Shown in pieces: positions 1 to 11,480 of a DNA stretch of 64,000 nucleotides (positions are counted from its first letter, which is position 1; every line of letters begins with the position of its first letter). Source of the DNA: Mytilus edulis (Eukaryota). A program made the translations under genes and the position numbers. Below the pieces are notes generated by a model. It searched no databases and was not told where the DNA came from. It was given only the letters and a program-made list of their open reading frames with translations. Location: the NCBI RefSeq assembly GCF_963676685.1, contig NC_092345.1, positions 78,678,001 to 78,742,000 of the forward strand, read 5' to 3'.

Positions 1-2
1 AC

Positions 3-404
3 GGACACTATGGTAGATCGGTCCACCGTCATGGACACTCTGGTATATTTGGTCACCGTCATGGACACTTTGGACATCGTCTAGGACGCGTTAGTCACCA
101 TCATGGAAGTTTCGGCCTATTTGGTCACCATCATGGACATCATCATCACCATCACGGACATGTTGGTCACCATCACGGACATTTTGGTCACCATTATGGA
201 CATTTTGGTCACCATCACGGACATTTTGGTCACCATCACGGACATTTCGGTCACCATCATGGCCATCATGGGTACCGTCATAAAGGAAAGTATTACGGAA
301 AAGCTAGGAAGTACTACAAAAAATATAAAAGGACAGGAAATAGTAAATACTACCGGAAATCCCGAAAATATCACAGTAAAGGTTACAAAAAATATTTGTA
401 TTAA
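3..404 (+). CDS. Mussel foot (byssal plaque) protein, His/Gly-rich block followed by an mfp-5-like Lys/Tyr block (mfp-9/mfp-5-like); 5'-partial
   Basis: Frame starting at nt 3 is open to TAA 402-404: GHYGRSVHRHGHSGIFGHRHGHFGHRLGRVSHHHGSFGLFGHHHGHHHHHHGHVGHHHGHFGHHYGHFGHHHGHFGHHHGHFGHHHGHHGYRHKGKYYGKARKYYKKYKRTGNSKYYRKSRKYHSKGYKKYLY*. The C-terminal ~40 aa closely match the mfp-5 C-terminus as recalled (KGKYYGKAKKYYYKYKNSGKYKYLKKARKYHRKGYKKY). Confidence 0.9.
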   Translation, partial: GHYGRSVHRHGHSGIFGHRHGHFGHRLGRVSHHHGSFGLFGHHHGHHHHHHGHVGHHHGHFGHHYGHFGHHHGHFGHHHGHFGHHHGHHGYRHKGKYYGKARKYYKKYKRTGNSKYYRKSRKYHSKGYKKYLY

Positions 405-465
405 TTCACATTAAATGTATGAGAATTAGATTTTTTAATTATTCAAATCAATCTACTGTTCTTTA

Positions 466-730
466 TAAATAAGATGTGGTATGAGTACCAATGAAACAAC
501 TCTGCATCCAAGTCACAATGTGTAAAAAGTTATCAATTATAGGTCAAAGTACAGCCTTCAACACGAAGCCTTGGCTCACACTTAAAAACAAGCTATTAAG
601 GACCCCAAAGTGACATGCTTAAAACAATTCAAACAGGAAACCCAACGGTCTAATCCATAACAAAAACGAGAAACGATAAACACGTATGAACACGACCAAC
701 AAACAACAACCACTGAAAAACAGGCTCCTT
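466..730 (+). repeat. Dispersed repeat family A copy (AGATGTGGTATGA..CCAATGARACAACT...)
   Basis: Same sequence at 44928-45290 (+), 28183-28446 (-), 48365-48562 (-), 29500-29615 (-); eroded copies near 7960, 12830, 23110 and 50540. Confidence 0.8.
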
Positions 731-1339
731 GGAGGGAAATTTGGACGAACAAATGAAAAAAAGGGGTATAAAATGTTAGATAGGAGCAGGAACTTTGCCT
801 TGCAAATGGCCACCCTGTACCCCTTACAAACTTGTTGGAAGTAACTTGTTAGCACTAGAATCGTAATGCGTTTCTTTAGTACATAAATGTAGCTGTCTTT
901 GTTTTTTATATGCCCTTTCTCTTCTTTCTCATATCGTTCATTTTAAATCAATAATATTGCAGAACGAGGCATTGATCTATGTATCATTTGAAGAAAAAGA
1001 AAAAAAAAGAGTTGGTACTTTCCTTTTGATCTTTCATTAATGTACTTCGATCAAATGCAAATATGCTTCCATTTTCTTATTGTAGACCTGTATCGCAGTG
1101 TAGTTTGATTGAACTTAATATTTCCGACTTGCATGGGATTGATTAAAGTTAGAAAAACTATTTCTGCACCATAACAAGATAATTGCATTAAATCAAACAA
1201 GGATGTCTTAAGAGTTGAATGAATGAATTTATTTATTTGCAAAAAGCATTTACATGCTATGGCAATCAAAACATATATTACATATATGACACAATAATAA
1301 ACAGCAGAAAACAACACATCATACAAAGTGAAGTAAGAA

Positions 1340-1990
1340 TTTGACATCTCATTTTCCATACTGCCTTAATATAATTACATAATTTTATAGTTGCTGTTTT
1401 ATTGACAGCTTTTAACAATTGATCCAGTTTATAAATATTTGGCCAAGAACAAAAGTATTTTGGTAAATAATGTGACCTTGCAGGTCTTTATACAGGACAA
1501 ACTAAAACAAAATGATATTCGTCTTCAACAACGTTCATATTACAACAAAGACACAATCGTAATTCTCTTGGCGTATTGGTATATCTACCAACTTTGATAT
1601 TTAATTGAAGTGTCCCACTACGTAGTTTCGTAAGTAATCGATCATCACAAAATAAATTTAAGTAATTTTCAAGACAAAAATCTGTCTTGATTCTTTTATA
1701 CATGCAAAGTTTTTCACAATCACATAAAGATGTGGACCACTCTTGAAAATATTGATCAGTAATACGTTTTTTAACAATATCAAAAACTACATTAGTTTAT
1801 AGTTACATCCTGTGAAATCCACAAAAAGTTCAGGCCAAGATTAGACAATAAATCTCGTACATAAGAATCCCAATTTGTTTTACCATTAATAACATCTTTA
1901 TACAGAAGCATGTAAACATCGTGAACAACACTTGTTTTTTTTTCAATAAAATATGAAACCAATATTTTAAAAGTATAGTTAACTTTTAAA
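1340..1990 (-). mobile_element. Degenerate non-LTR retrotransposon (LINE) ORF2 C-terminal fragment
   Basis: Translates to KLRSGTLQLNIKVGRYTNTPRELRLCLCCNMNVVEDEYHFVLVCPV, a CCHC-type LINE C-terminus. Upstream frames give KYWF...NWDSYVRDLL...DQYFQEW with frameshifts. Confidence 0.75.
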
Positions 1991-2489
1991 GAATAGCACT
2001 AAGTAAAAACACGCAGAATCTTTACATGAAATGCTATATAGTTATATGAGATAGACATTCGGAAATTAGAAAACAGGAAAAGCTTAAAAATAAAGAAAAA
2101 ACAAATTATACGAATGAGCATTAACATTTTAAGCCACGATGCTACACAATATTTTTACTTCACGGGATATTTTAGAATTGATTGTATTGCTGCTGTAAAT
2201 TCAAATCCCATTTAAGAGAGCAAATACCTTCAGATATTGATTTATGTTTTATAATGTTGGGCTGTGTCTCTTTAGAAATACACATATTTCATTCCTTTTA
2301 ACTATTTATTTAAGTATTCATAATAATATGAAAACACGTAAAAGATTTTTTTAAAAACCCATTAAGAAAGAAAAAGTTAAATGTATACATCCGCTAATGT
2401 TTTTTCCGATTTGATCAGTTTTCCTTCATTCCTACATTATTGACACTGACGTATACTTTGTTGGATATTTCCTTTCATTAATATGTAGA

Positions 2490-2965
2490 GTTCGGGTGGG
2501 ATTGTACTTCATGTTCATATGATGAAGACATAATCTTTCAAGCAGTTTAACTGAGGTCTGGAGCTGACATGTCAGTAGCTGCTAGTAGTCCTTTGTTAAT
2601 TTATTTATCATTGTCATTTTGTTTAGTTTCTTTCGTTACCTATTCTGACATCGGACTCGGACTTCTTTTGAACTGAAATTTACTGTGCGTATTGTTGTGT
2701 GTTTGTTTTTTCTATATTGGCTGGAGGTTAATGGGTTGAGGGTTGAAATCTCAAAAACATGTTTAACCCCGCCGCATTTTTTAGCCTGTCGCAAGTCAGA
2801 GGGGCCTCTGTCCTTTGTTAATCTTGTGTGATTTTTAGTATACATTTTTGTTTAGGGTCCAACTGAAGCACCCCTCCGGTAGCATTGAAGACCCGGGTGT
2901 TCTCTGCTCTTTGGTCGGGTTGTTGTCTCTTTGACACACACCCCATTTCTATTCTCAGTTTTATT
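2490..2965 (-). repeat. Dispersed repeat family B copy
   Basis: Reverse complement of the element at 59270-60010 and 57972-58272 (shared GCGGCGGGGTTAAACATGTTT and CAGCTCCAGACCTCA). Confidence 0.8.
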
Positions 2966-5154
2966 CAGTTTGAAACAACATCAACTATTCAGCAGTTTAC
3001 TACCTTTATATGATAAACTGAAGTATAAGTGTGGTAAAGCAAGTTTATAAGCTCTCCGCTTATTTTTTCTCTCTCACATATTGGAAAACAAAGTTGGGTA
3101 GTATGGTAAAGTGAAGTCATTTGAATATTCATTATTTATGTAATAGATCTATGCTATTGGCAAACAAAATTTATTATTTCAATATGAATCAATAATAGTA
3201 ATTCGGAAAACACTGACTGTCTTTGCGTTTCTATCATTTAGAAGTATAGTATTGTGGATAGTTGTTTCATTGACTTTCATACATCTGGTTATGTTTTAAA
3301 CTGGATAAGAAATCTTGCTATTTACTCTCAGTGGGTGTTTTACATACTATAAAACTAAATACGGAATTGTGGTGAATCTTCACGAATATGGTCATTATCA
3401 TACTCATTGGAAATATTATTTGGGTAACCGTTATCATATGTATATGTCCAATGCTTTTAAAAAATCAAATAAATATAAAAATGTCCAATATGTTCTGTCT
3501 TTCCGATATATCAGTGTAGAAACGAAATTTGTGAAGTCATCCTCATGACATAAATCATTTAATTATAAATCAAATTTAGTTATAGCATCACCAAAAAAAC
3601 CAAACATCTTAGCATTAGATTTTTTGTTGCCAACACAAAGTCCTCTTGATTAAGACCTTTTCTTAGTGATGATGTAACATATTTTAAGCAGGAAAAAAAA
3701 ACTATAAATTGGTCAAACTATAGCTAGATTTCACTTATAAATATATCATGATTTTTTTGTGGAAAGCATTGTTCTATCCACAGAACAAAATTGTGCATCA
3801 CAACTATCTTGTTATGAAAATGTAAATCATAAAGCTAAACAGTTTCAATATGAATTGTCCTTTAAACAATTCTGTTTGCCTTAATACTATTGAAAATTTT
3901 TTGATAAAGGTGATAACTAAACTGTTTTTCAATCTTACGTCTCGTAATGATGACTTTTATGATCATCAATTCGCTTATTGAAAGTTTGTAGCAGAAATAA
4001 AAACTTTTTAATTTGTATTTCTGCATTGTAACTTTGTTCATGTTTATTGATTGTTTTACACAAGGTGTTGTGTCCCTGTATTGAAACTGGTATTTGTAAC
4101 TTAGTTTCCTGGTGATCCAGGCCATGTTTAGCTGATTTAAACAGTTTTGTTTATTTTAAAAATGCTTTCGTAGAACTCCATTCTCCCATATAAAGTTAGT
4201 TTAAAGTGATCCCAAACATATCTAAACCTTTTATATTTTTGTTTTTTCCCTGTCCCTGTTATCGTTGGCTTCTGTCTGATTTATTTGCTTACGTTTATTG
4301 TTTTAGCACTTAGCTATTTTGGTACATACATACGAAGTCATGTGAAATCAAAGGTTTTCACAACTCTTTAATATTAAAAATCATCAAATATATCATTTAG
4401 TTTAAATTATACAATAGTTACTAAAAATGTGAAGTTCCTAGGAATTTAATTCTTCAGTTTCCTCTATAATCCCGGGTAAATCTGTTGCCATTTACTAATA
4501 ATTTCCATGACTACGAGCACTATATAAAGTTCTATAGAATAAATTTACATGAATGTTACCATAATGAACAGCAAAAAGAAATAGCAGTAAAATCATTTAT
4601 TTATCAGAAGTTAATGTAATTATTCTCATTAGAAGACCAAGAAAGTTAAAAGGCTTAATAGGATGCCTTCATGACATAGCTAATTATATCGTCAGGAAAT
4701 TTACAATCATATGGAGTTTTCATGAATTATAACGGGTCAAAAATATTTTAACACGAAGAAATATTCAATTAAAGGATGCTGACAGCGAAGTGAATTTAAG
4801 TATAAGGAGTTTTGGTAGAAAAAAGTGTGCGAGTTTATACAATTAGATTAAGCTACAAAAGAAAAAAATATCATGAATCACTAGGTATTGATATATAGTA
4901 TCAAATGGTTCAACATAACTCATGGAAAGATGTAATAGTATTCTGGTGAATTTTATATTTCTATAAATATAAATTAGGAACTGATTCATTTGAAAATGCT
5001 TCTTATTCTACCAAGTATTACTTAGCTTTACAGAAACGGCTGTATTTGAGTGCTTTATTCTTTTTCTTAAATGAACAATTAAGTTTTCCGGAACGGCAGA
5101 GAAAGGAATTTTCATCATCAAATATATATATTGTATAACAATAACTATAACATA

Positions 5155-6123
5155 ATGGAACTTTATGGTACTGGTTTTAGAGTTACTTGTTTGGTGTTTT
5201 CTATCTTGATGTACATCATTGGAACCGTTGGTAATTTACTGATTATATGGACTATTACCACAGTAAAACGAATGAGAAGTATTCAGAATATGCTTCTAGC
5301 ATTGTTGGCTGTTATTGACCTTCTTATTATAGGATATTTAATGCCTTTTGGTATGCACGTACTCATAACAAATGAAAAACCAGGATTTGGTGCATGTCGT
5401 TTTCAGGCAATCATCACGGCATTTTTATTTTCATGTAGCATTCAATTCATTATGTTCATTGCCTTATCGCGTTACTTTAAAATTTGTCATAGCCAGAAGT
5501 TTAACAGAATAGTTACCGCGAGGAACGTTATAATAGCAACAATAGGGGCGTGTGCGGTAGGGGCTTGTTTCGCGTCCTCGCTGTGGTTTTTTGAATCATT
5601 GTGGACATTTGAATTTCCAATGCATTCCTGTATTTTTGACAGATACGGATCAGTGACCTTTTCCGTGATCTTTATGGCAGTTGTTATTGCTTTTCCTGCT
5701 GGAGTTACAGCTTTTTCGTACATACGAATATATCGTCATGTGAACAAGGCTAGAACACAACTTCATAAAAACTGGAACAACGGTCTTGCACAAAGAAAAT
5801 TTAAATATGAACAAATCTTAACAAAGACACAATTTGTAGTGTTTATTGTTTACATGGTGATGTACTTTCCGTTCGGAATAACGGCCGTAGGTGGACAGAG
5901 ATCTGATTATCCCGATGTTCTGCATACATTGTCTATTTATATGTGTTATCTGAATAGTTGTATCAATAGCATATTGTATGGCGTTTTGAACAAAAATATG
6001 AGAAGAGGCTACTTGGAATCCTTACGATTTGTTAAACCGAATCAGAACAATAGTGTAGTACCAACAGTGTCAGGACATTTGAGCGGAGGACAAACAACAC
6101 AAGCGTCAACACAACAAGGTTGA
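5155..6123 (+). CDS. Class A GPCR, melatonin-receptor-like, single coding exon (322 aa from the first ATG)
   Basis: Seven hydrophobic segments; GN in TM1, LAxxD in TM2, SRYFKICHS after TM3 (cf. NRYxxICHS of melatonin receptors), NSILYGVLNKNMR in TM7/helix 8. The ORF-track start at 5131 is a TTG; the first ATG is 5155. Confidence 0.9.
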   Translation: MELYGTGFRVTCLVFSILMYIIGTVGNLLIIWTITTVKRMRSIQNMLLALLAVIDLLIIGYLMPFGMHVLITNEKPGFGACRFQAIITAFLFSCSIQFIMFIALSRYFKICHSQKFNRIVTARNVIIATIGACAVGACFASSLWFFESLWTFEFPMHSCIFDRYGSVTFSVIFMAVVIAFPAGVTAFSYIRIYRHVNKARTQLHKNWNNGLAQRKFKYEQILTKTQFVVFIVYMVMYFPFGITAVGGQRSDYPDVLHTLSIYMCYLNSCINSILYGVLNKNMRRGYLESLRFVKPNQNNSVVPTVSGHLSGGQTTQASTQQG

Positions 6124-9100
6124 TATTTTGTAAAACATGAATTGATCAAGTGTTAGTTGTATTTAAAGTTATGTTATTTATAAGTCGATATTTTTATAAA
6201 AATACTTATTTTCAGTCCCTAAAAAATACATCGGGGTAAGTTTTTAAGTTTGAAATTCCCTCTATCTATTATATATGATTATTAAAATGAGATAAACCGC
6301 AAACTAATTGGTAAAATAAGGATTAGGAGCAATAAGGTCAAATTGCCTCTTTTGATGTAAATAGACAGTAGGCAAATATCGTCGTTGTAAACAATTCTCC
6401 ATCTTGGTTTTCAAGATAAAAAAGGAAAAACTTGTATGTTGTCCTAATGTTATATTCTAGGCCATGTCGGTCATGTCGTTCCACAGGCTGGCTCAGCGCG
6501 CACTTTCTTTAAACTAGCTATCCTAGTTATCATATTTTTTTTTAGAGATTATTGGCGTTTAATTCGATCGCTGGCTAAAAAACTTTTGAAATACATATTA
6601 GTTGGTGAGTTAACTCAGCCGGTTTACACGACAATACCTTCTAAGTATAATGATTTTGTGCTTATATTTGTACAGGGATAGGACGTCTCTAATGTTATAT
6701 CTGTTTGTGTCAAATTCATTTTATTAAATTTGCAAATAATATAAAGTGATTGTTGCCAAGTTTGTATAACGCGAACTATTAGACAAGTAGGATAGAAGTT
6801 ATCAATAATTAATTCCAGACAATATATTTTAAGTTATATAGTGACAATTTGTTTATCCGTCTATCTAACCTTTTTACATTTCTTTGTGATTATTTTATTC
6901 TATTGTTAAATAAATTTTTTTTTGTGTTCGTCGTAATTCAAACATCCTCTAGTATAACAGATTGAATTCGTGATACGAATTTCTGGATTAAGTTTTTACA
7001 GTTTTTGTGATTTGTTAATACCGATTAGATGTTTTTTTGTAATTTGTGATTAGGTATTAAAATTCGTGATAACGGACTGTTATCGGAATTACGTATTTTG
7101 TTAATCTTGATTACGAATTGTATAAATCGTTATGATGAATTAACTGTAAATAATTCATTATTACGAATTACAAAAGTTTGTGGTAAGGAATTTAATCCGT
7201 TTTAACGAATTACAAAAACTATTTTAACTAATTCCATCAATTCATGATAACGAGATTATCACGAATTCAATCTGTCATAACCATTTTTATTTTATTGGGT
7301 CTTTTGTGAGGAGTTGTCTCATTGGCAATAATACCGCATCTTCTTTTATTTTTATATTAAGATAAAATAAGCGAGAATGACAATAGGGAATGTTGTAAAA
7401 AAGTCAACTACTTAAGAACATAAAACAACTCAAAGCCAGCAATGGGTCTTCAACACGAAAAATCCCGCACCCAGAGTTGAGCTTCAGATGGGCCTTAAAC
7501 AAAAGTGTACTAATTCGGTGAAAATGGACGTTTTTGCTTATAGTTTTAATTTATACATACACAATGCAGTTAGTATTTAATTTGTTTGGTTTTTAGCACA
7601 TCTGTCATTTTGGGACCTTTATTTTTTACGTACCAAATTCCTTATTGTAAGTTTTCTGTAACAATTTTCAGCTTTATATGTGTTTCCCTTGGATTAATTT
7701 ACCAAATCGTTCTTACGTCGTTCAATTCAAACTTGTCTTCGCAACATCAATGTTATTTCATGTACCTCAATTTAAATACCTCAATTTTAAAGTACCATAT
7801 GCAACGCGTAGTTGACTTGATTGTAAATTACAGTATTTTCAGCTAATGTCATTTTAACTAACTTTGAGTTAATGGTTCTGATTCCCTTCACTCCCTTTTA
7901 TATTATTTTACTCTTTTATCCGGCAGAAGATATATTTAGTTCATTTCAGTTATTTCAACGCTGTATATGACAAGATATAGTATAACTTCCAATGAGACAA
8001 ACACTCGTAAAGACCAAGAACATCGAAGGACAAAGCATAAATAATTACAGGTCACCATATGGAATTTGATAATTCGCAAAAGAAAACCCCATACCATGTA
8101 GTATTAAGCAATAAAACGGCTCGGTATGACAAATGTGAACCTATTCAGAATAGAAAAAATCCCAGCCTGGTACATACTATAACAATAAACAAATTTAAAG
8201 GCTATGATATCAAGCAGCAATCAACGACTACCAGTGCAGGGTTTGACTTTTGACATAAAATGTGAGTTGAATATCTTTGTGTGCTCAATCCTGCTATTTC
8301 TAAAAATAGATATAGAAATTATGCTCGAGAGCAGTTCAACATAGATTATATTGCACAACTCATGGTAAATATAACATACAGCAATAACTTTTTATCGAGT
8401 TTGATATTTATTCTTGTGTAATGGTAAATGATATTTAGTTGCATACACTTTATTTGCAAAGATGTGTTGATTAAAAGCCTTTTATCAATATTGTAACTTG
8501 CGTGTTTCAGTCTTAATTAACAGTACAAGCTTTTTGTCATTGGGTTTCTTGAAATAGAAGTTGTACACAATTTTTACAGAAGTTAATGGTTAATTATGAT
8601 AACATTTTAAAGTTCCTCTGCATGTGACATACTTAATTCTTTTTAATTGAAATTACAGAAAATAAAGATTAATGGAAATGGTTTGAAGCTAGATGATATA
8701 TAAAAAATATCGCTAGGTGGTAATTTATAAGGAAAATCTAATAATTTCTCAGCTCTTACATGTAACTTATTCATTTATATAAAATAAGAAGTTAACGGTG
8801 GATCACAAACTAAAAGCATTACTAAGATAAAAAGACAACTGCATCTCCAGTAAAACAAAGACGAAATGATAAAAATTTAAATAACAACAGCACACAATTG
8901 TAAATTAAAGAAAGTCACACAGCATCTTGACTAATCAAAAAAAGGGAAAAAACCATGAAACATACCTAACATTGATCATTTAACTTTATTTTATTAATTA
9001 GTTGACATTTTTATACAAATATTTACTTCCAGTCCTTAAAGAAAAATACATCGGGGTTTAAAGGGAGGGAGTAAAATGAAAAGACAGGATGGCAATGAAT

Positions 9101-10138
9101 TTTCTGCACTACAAAAGGCAGGAAACAAATACACAGGTGTACCAAAGTCATAATCAACAAATGAAAATATTTGATCAATTCTACTCGCTTAACATAAATA
9201 TAAAAAATGTTTCTGTTCCTGTTTTAAATTAATTTACTGACTTTGTTTCGTTCGATAACAAATTTAAATATTTGATTTTTTTCATGGTTTACCATTTGTA
9301 ACAACATGTTAAGATTTTAGAATATTAACTGAACCTTGGCTAGCAATGATGATATATACCATATACATATTATTGTACCTAAAACAAACTTACCAAATTA
9401 GTTATCAATATCAATGCAAACAAGTTTGCAATCATTATACTGAATATGTCTTTTACTTTAAAATAAGTAAAGTAGTGTTGTTAAACCCTTAAAATGATAA
9501 ATTTCGAAACAGATTAGATCAGAGCATCGAATGTCTCGTTTCAGGAAGCCCATGTAGGACATCCGAAAACATAATTTTAATTCGAAATCGCGAATTGTAT
9601 AATTCGTTGTCATAGATTAAATTTGTGATAACGAATTTGTGCTATTCGTTATCAGTCAAACTGACGATTTCGGCCGTCTGAAAAAAATGTGAATCTCGTC
9701 TTACTGATTATTTTGCTTTGTAAAGTTTCCCTCTATCTGATATAGTTGAAAATAAGAAAAACCGCAAACTAATTAATCAAAAAGTGATTAGGAGCAATAA
9801 GCAATAAGGTCTATTGCCTCTTTCAATCATGTGGAATTATTTTGTAGATCTTTGTTTTATGATCATTTTATAATAATTTATATATAATTTTCAAAATATA
9901 GACAAGACACAAAATATAAAAAAGCCTAAATAAAGGAAAATATACAAATACCTGTAAATAGTTATTTAACAATTTTGACGTAAATAGACAGAAGGTAAAT
10001 CTTCTAAACAATTCTCTATCTAAAGTGGTTTTCAAAATATGCGATCATATCGTTCCGAAGGTGGACTAATTCCATAAATTCAAGATAACGAGATTATCAC
10101 GAATTTAATCTGTCATAACAAATCTACATTTGATAAAT

Positions 10139-10508
10139 TTGGTACCGTTAATGTTATTACTACCACTGGATCGATGCCTCTGCTAGTGGACTGTTAGTCC
10201 CCGATGGTATCACCAGCCCAGTAGCCAGTACTTCGGTACTGGCATGAAAATACGGATTTTTTGTGTTATTAAAATTTGCTGTTACAAAATGTTAGAAATT
10301 ATTATACATTAAGGAATGTATCTCCCTCATGCAAAGCTCTGATTCCTTTCACGGATTTGGTTATACTTTTTGGACCTTTTTGATTATTGCTCTTCATCTT
10401 TTATTTAAGCTTTGGACTTCAAATATTTTGGCCACGAGCATCGCTGAAGAGATATGGATTGTTGAAATGCGCATCTGCTGCAGGATAATTGGTACCGTTA
10501 ATGTTATT
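10139..10508 (+). mobile_element. Non-LTR retrozyme monomer, family 2 (350-nt period)
   Basis: Direct repeat TTGGTACCGTTAATGTTATT at 10139 and 10489, exactly 350 nt apart; contains a hammerhead core at 10438-10481. Confidence 0.8.
10438..10481 (+). ncRNA. Minimal type I hammerhead ribozyme, family 2
   Basis: gcatcg-CTGAAGA-gata tggat tgtt-GAAA-tgcgca-TC-tgctgc: core CUGANGA/GAAA/AUC intact, palindromic AUGCGCAU stem III, one mismatch in stem I. Confidence 0.8.
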
Positions 10509-10739
10509 GATAACGATTTCTACGGAGGCCCATTCGAATCACGAATTTAAATCTGTTACAACGAATTATACATTTCGTGATAACGATTTGAATTCGTGAT
10601 TTCGAATTCAAATTATATTTTTTGGAGGTACTAAATCGGCTCCCTGTTGATTTCAAATCATGATTTGAATTTAAATCTTATTTTTTTAAGGTACATTTTG
10701 TACCAAATGATCTTCCGTAAATATGTCTAATAAGTATAT

Positions 10740-11480
10740 ATATGTGTAAATCTTATTAGAATATGTTTTGAACAAAGCTATCAATATCTGGGTTTTCTAA
10801 TAACAGGTTTTTTAAATTATGATGTAATGACTTAAGTTGAAGCCAAATCAGCTAACAGGGAATTAAGTTTGATTATGATATATAGTAAGGCCCATGGCGA
10901 TTTCCTGTACAGTACATTTAATAAACTATCCAGGTTTGGTCAGTTATAAGTTATGGTGCAGCCATTTGGGGAACCAGATATTTTTCGTGTAATGATGGTG
11001 TCCAGAACATGGCTTTCAGGTCTTTTATGGGTGTGGATAAATATACCCCGAACGATTCAATTCAAGGGGATATGGGCTGGAGACCTCCCAGTGTTAAGCA
11101 GTAGACCTGTGTTTTTCGACACTGGTTTAGATGTAAAATAATGTGAACAGATAGATGAGTTACAGAATATTTAAATGGTGTTACAGTAATGGTCTTAATA
11201 AGACACGAAATTGGTGTTTTAGGATTATGTCTAAGTTTAAAGAATGTAGTTTAGATTTGTATGTTAATTTAAATAATGGATTGCATAAACAAAATATTAC
11301 ACAGATATAATAAGTTTTATTTGATAATTATATAGAAAACTTGCAAAATAGAATTTTGTCACAAAATGCTTGTAAAAAATTCCGGGCTTATAAATTGCTT
11401 AAAGACAGTTATGGAAGAGAATTATATGTACTTAAACATTTATCGCATAGATATAGAAGTGCTTTTGCAAAAATGCAGCG
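10740..11480 (+). mobile_element. Degenerate LINE RT-thumb/C-terminal fragment
   Basis: Translates in part to YGAAIWGTRYFSCNDGVQNMAFRSFMGVDKYTPNDSIQGDMGWRP and KKFRAYKLLKDSYGRELYVLKHLSHRYRSAFAKM, with frameshifts. Confidence 0.7.

Noticed and set aside
103-414. ORF-track 103-aa ITDILVT-repeat protein and the antisense 85-aa ORF
   Set aside because: Shadow frames of the His/Gly foot-protein repeat; the frame from nt 3 has recognisable homology.
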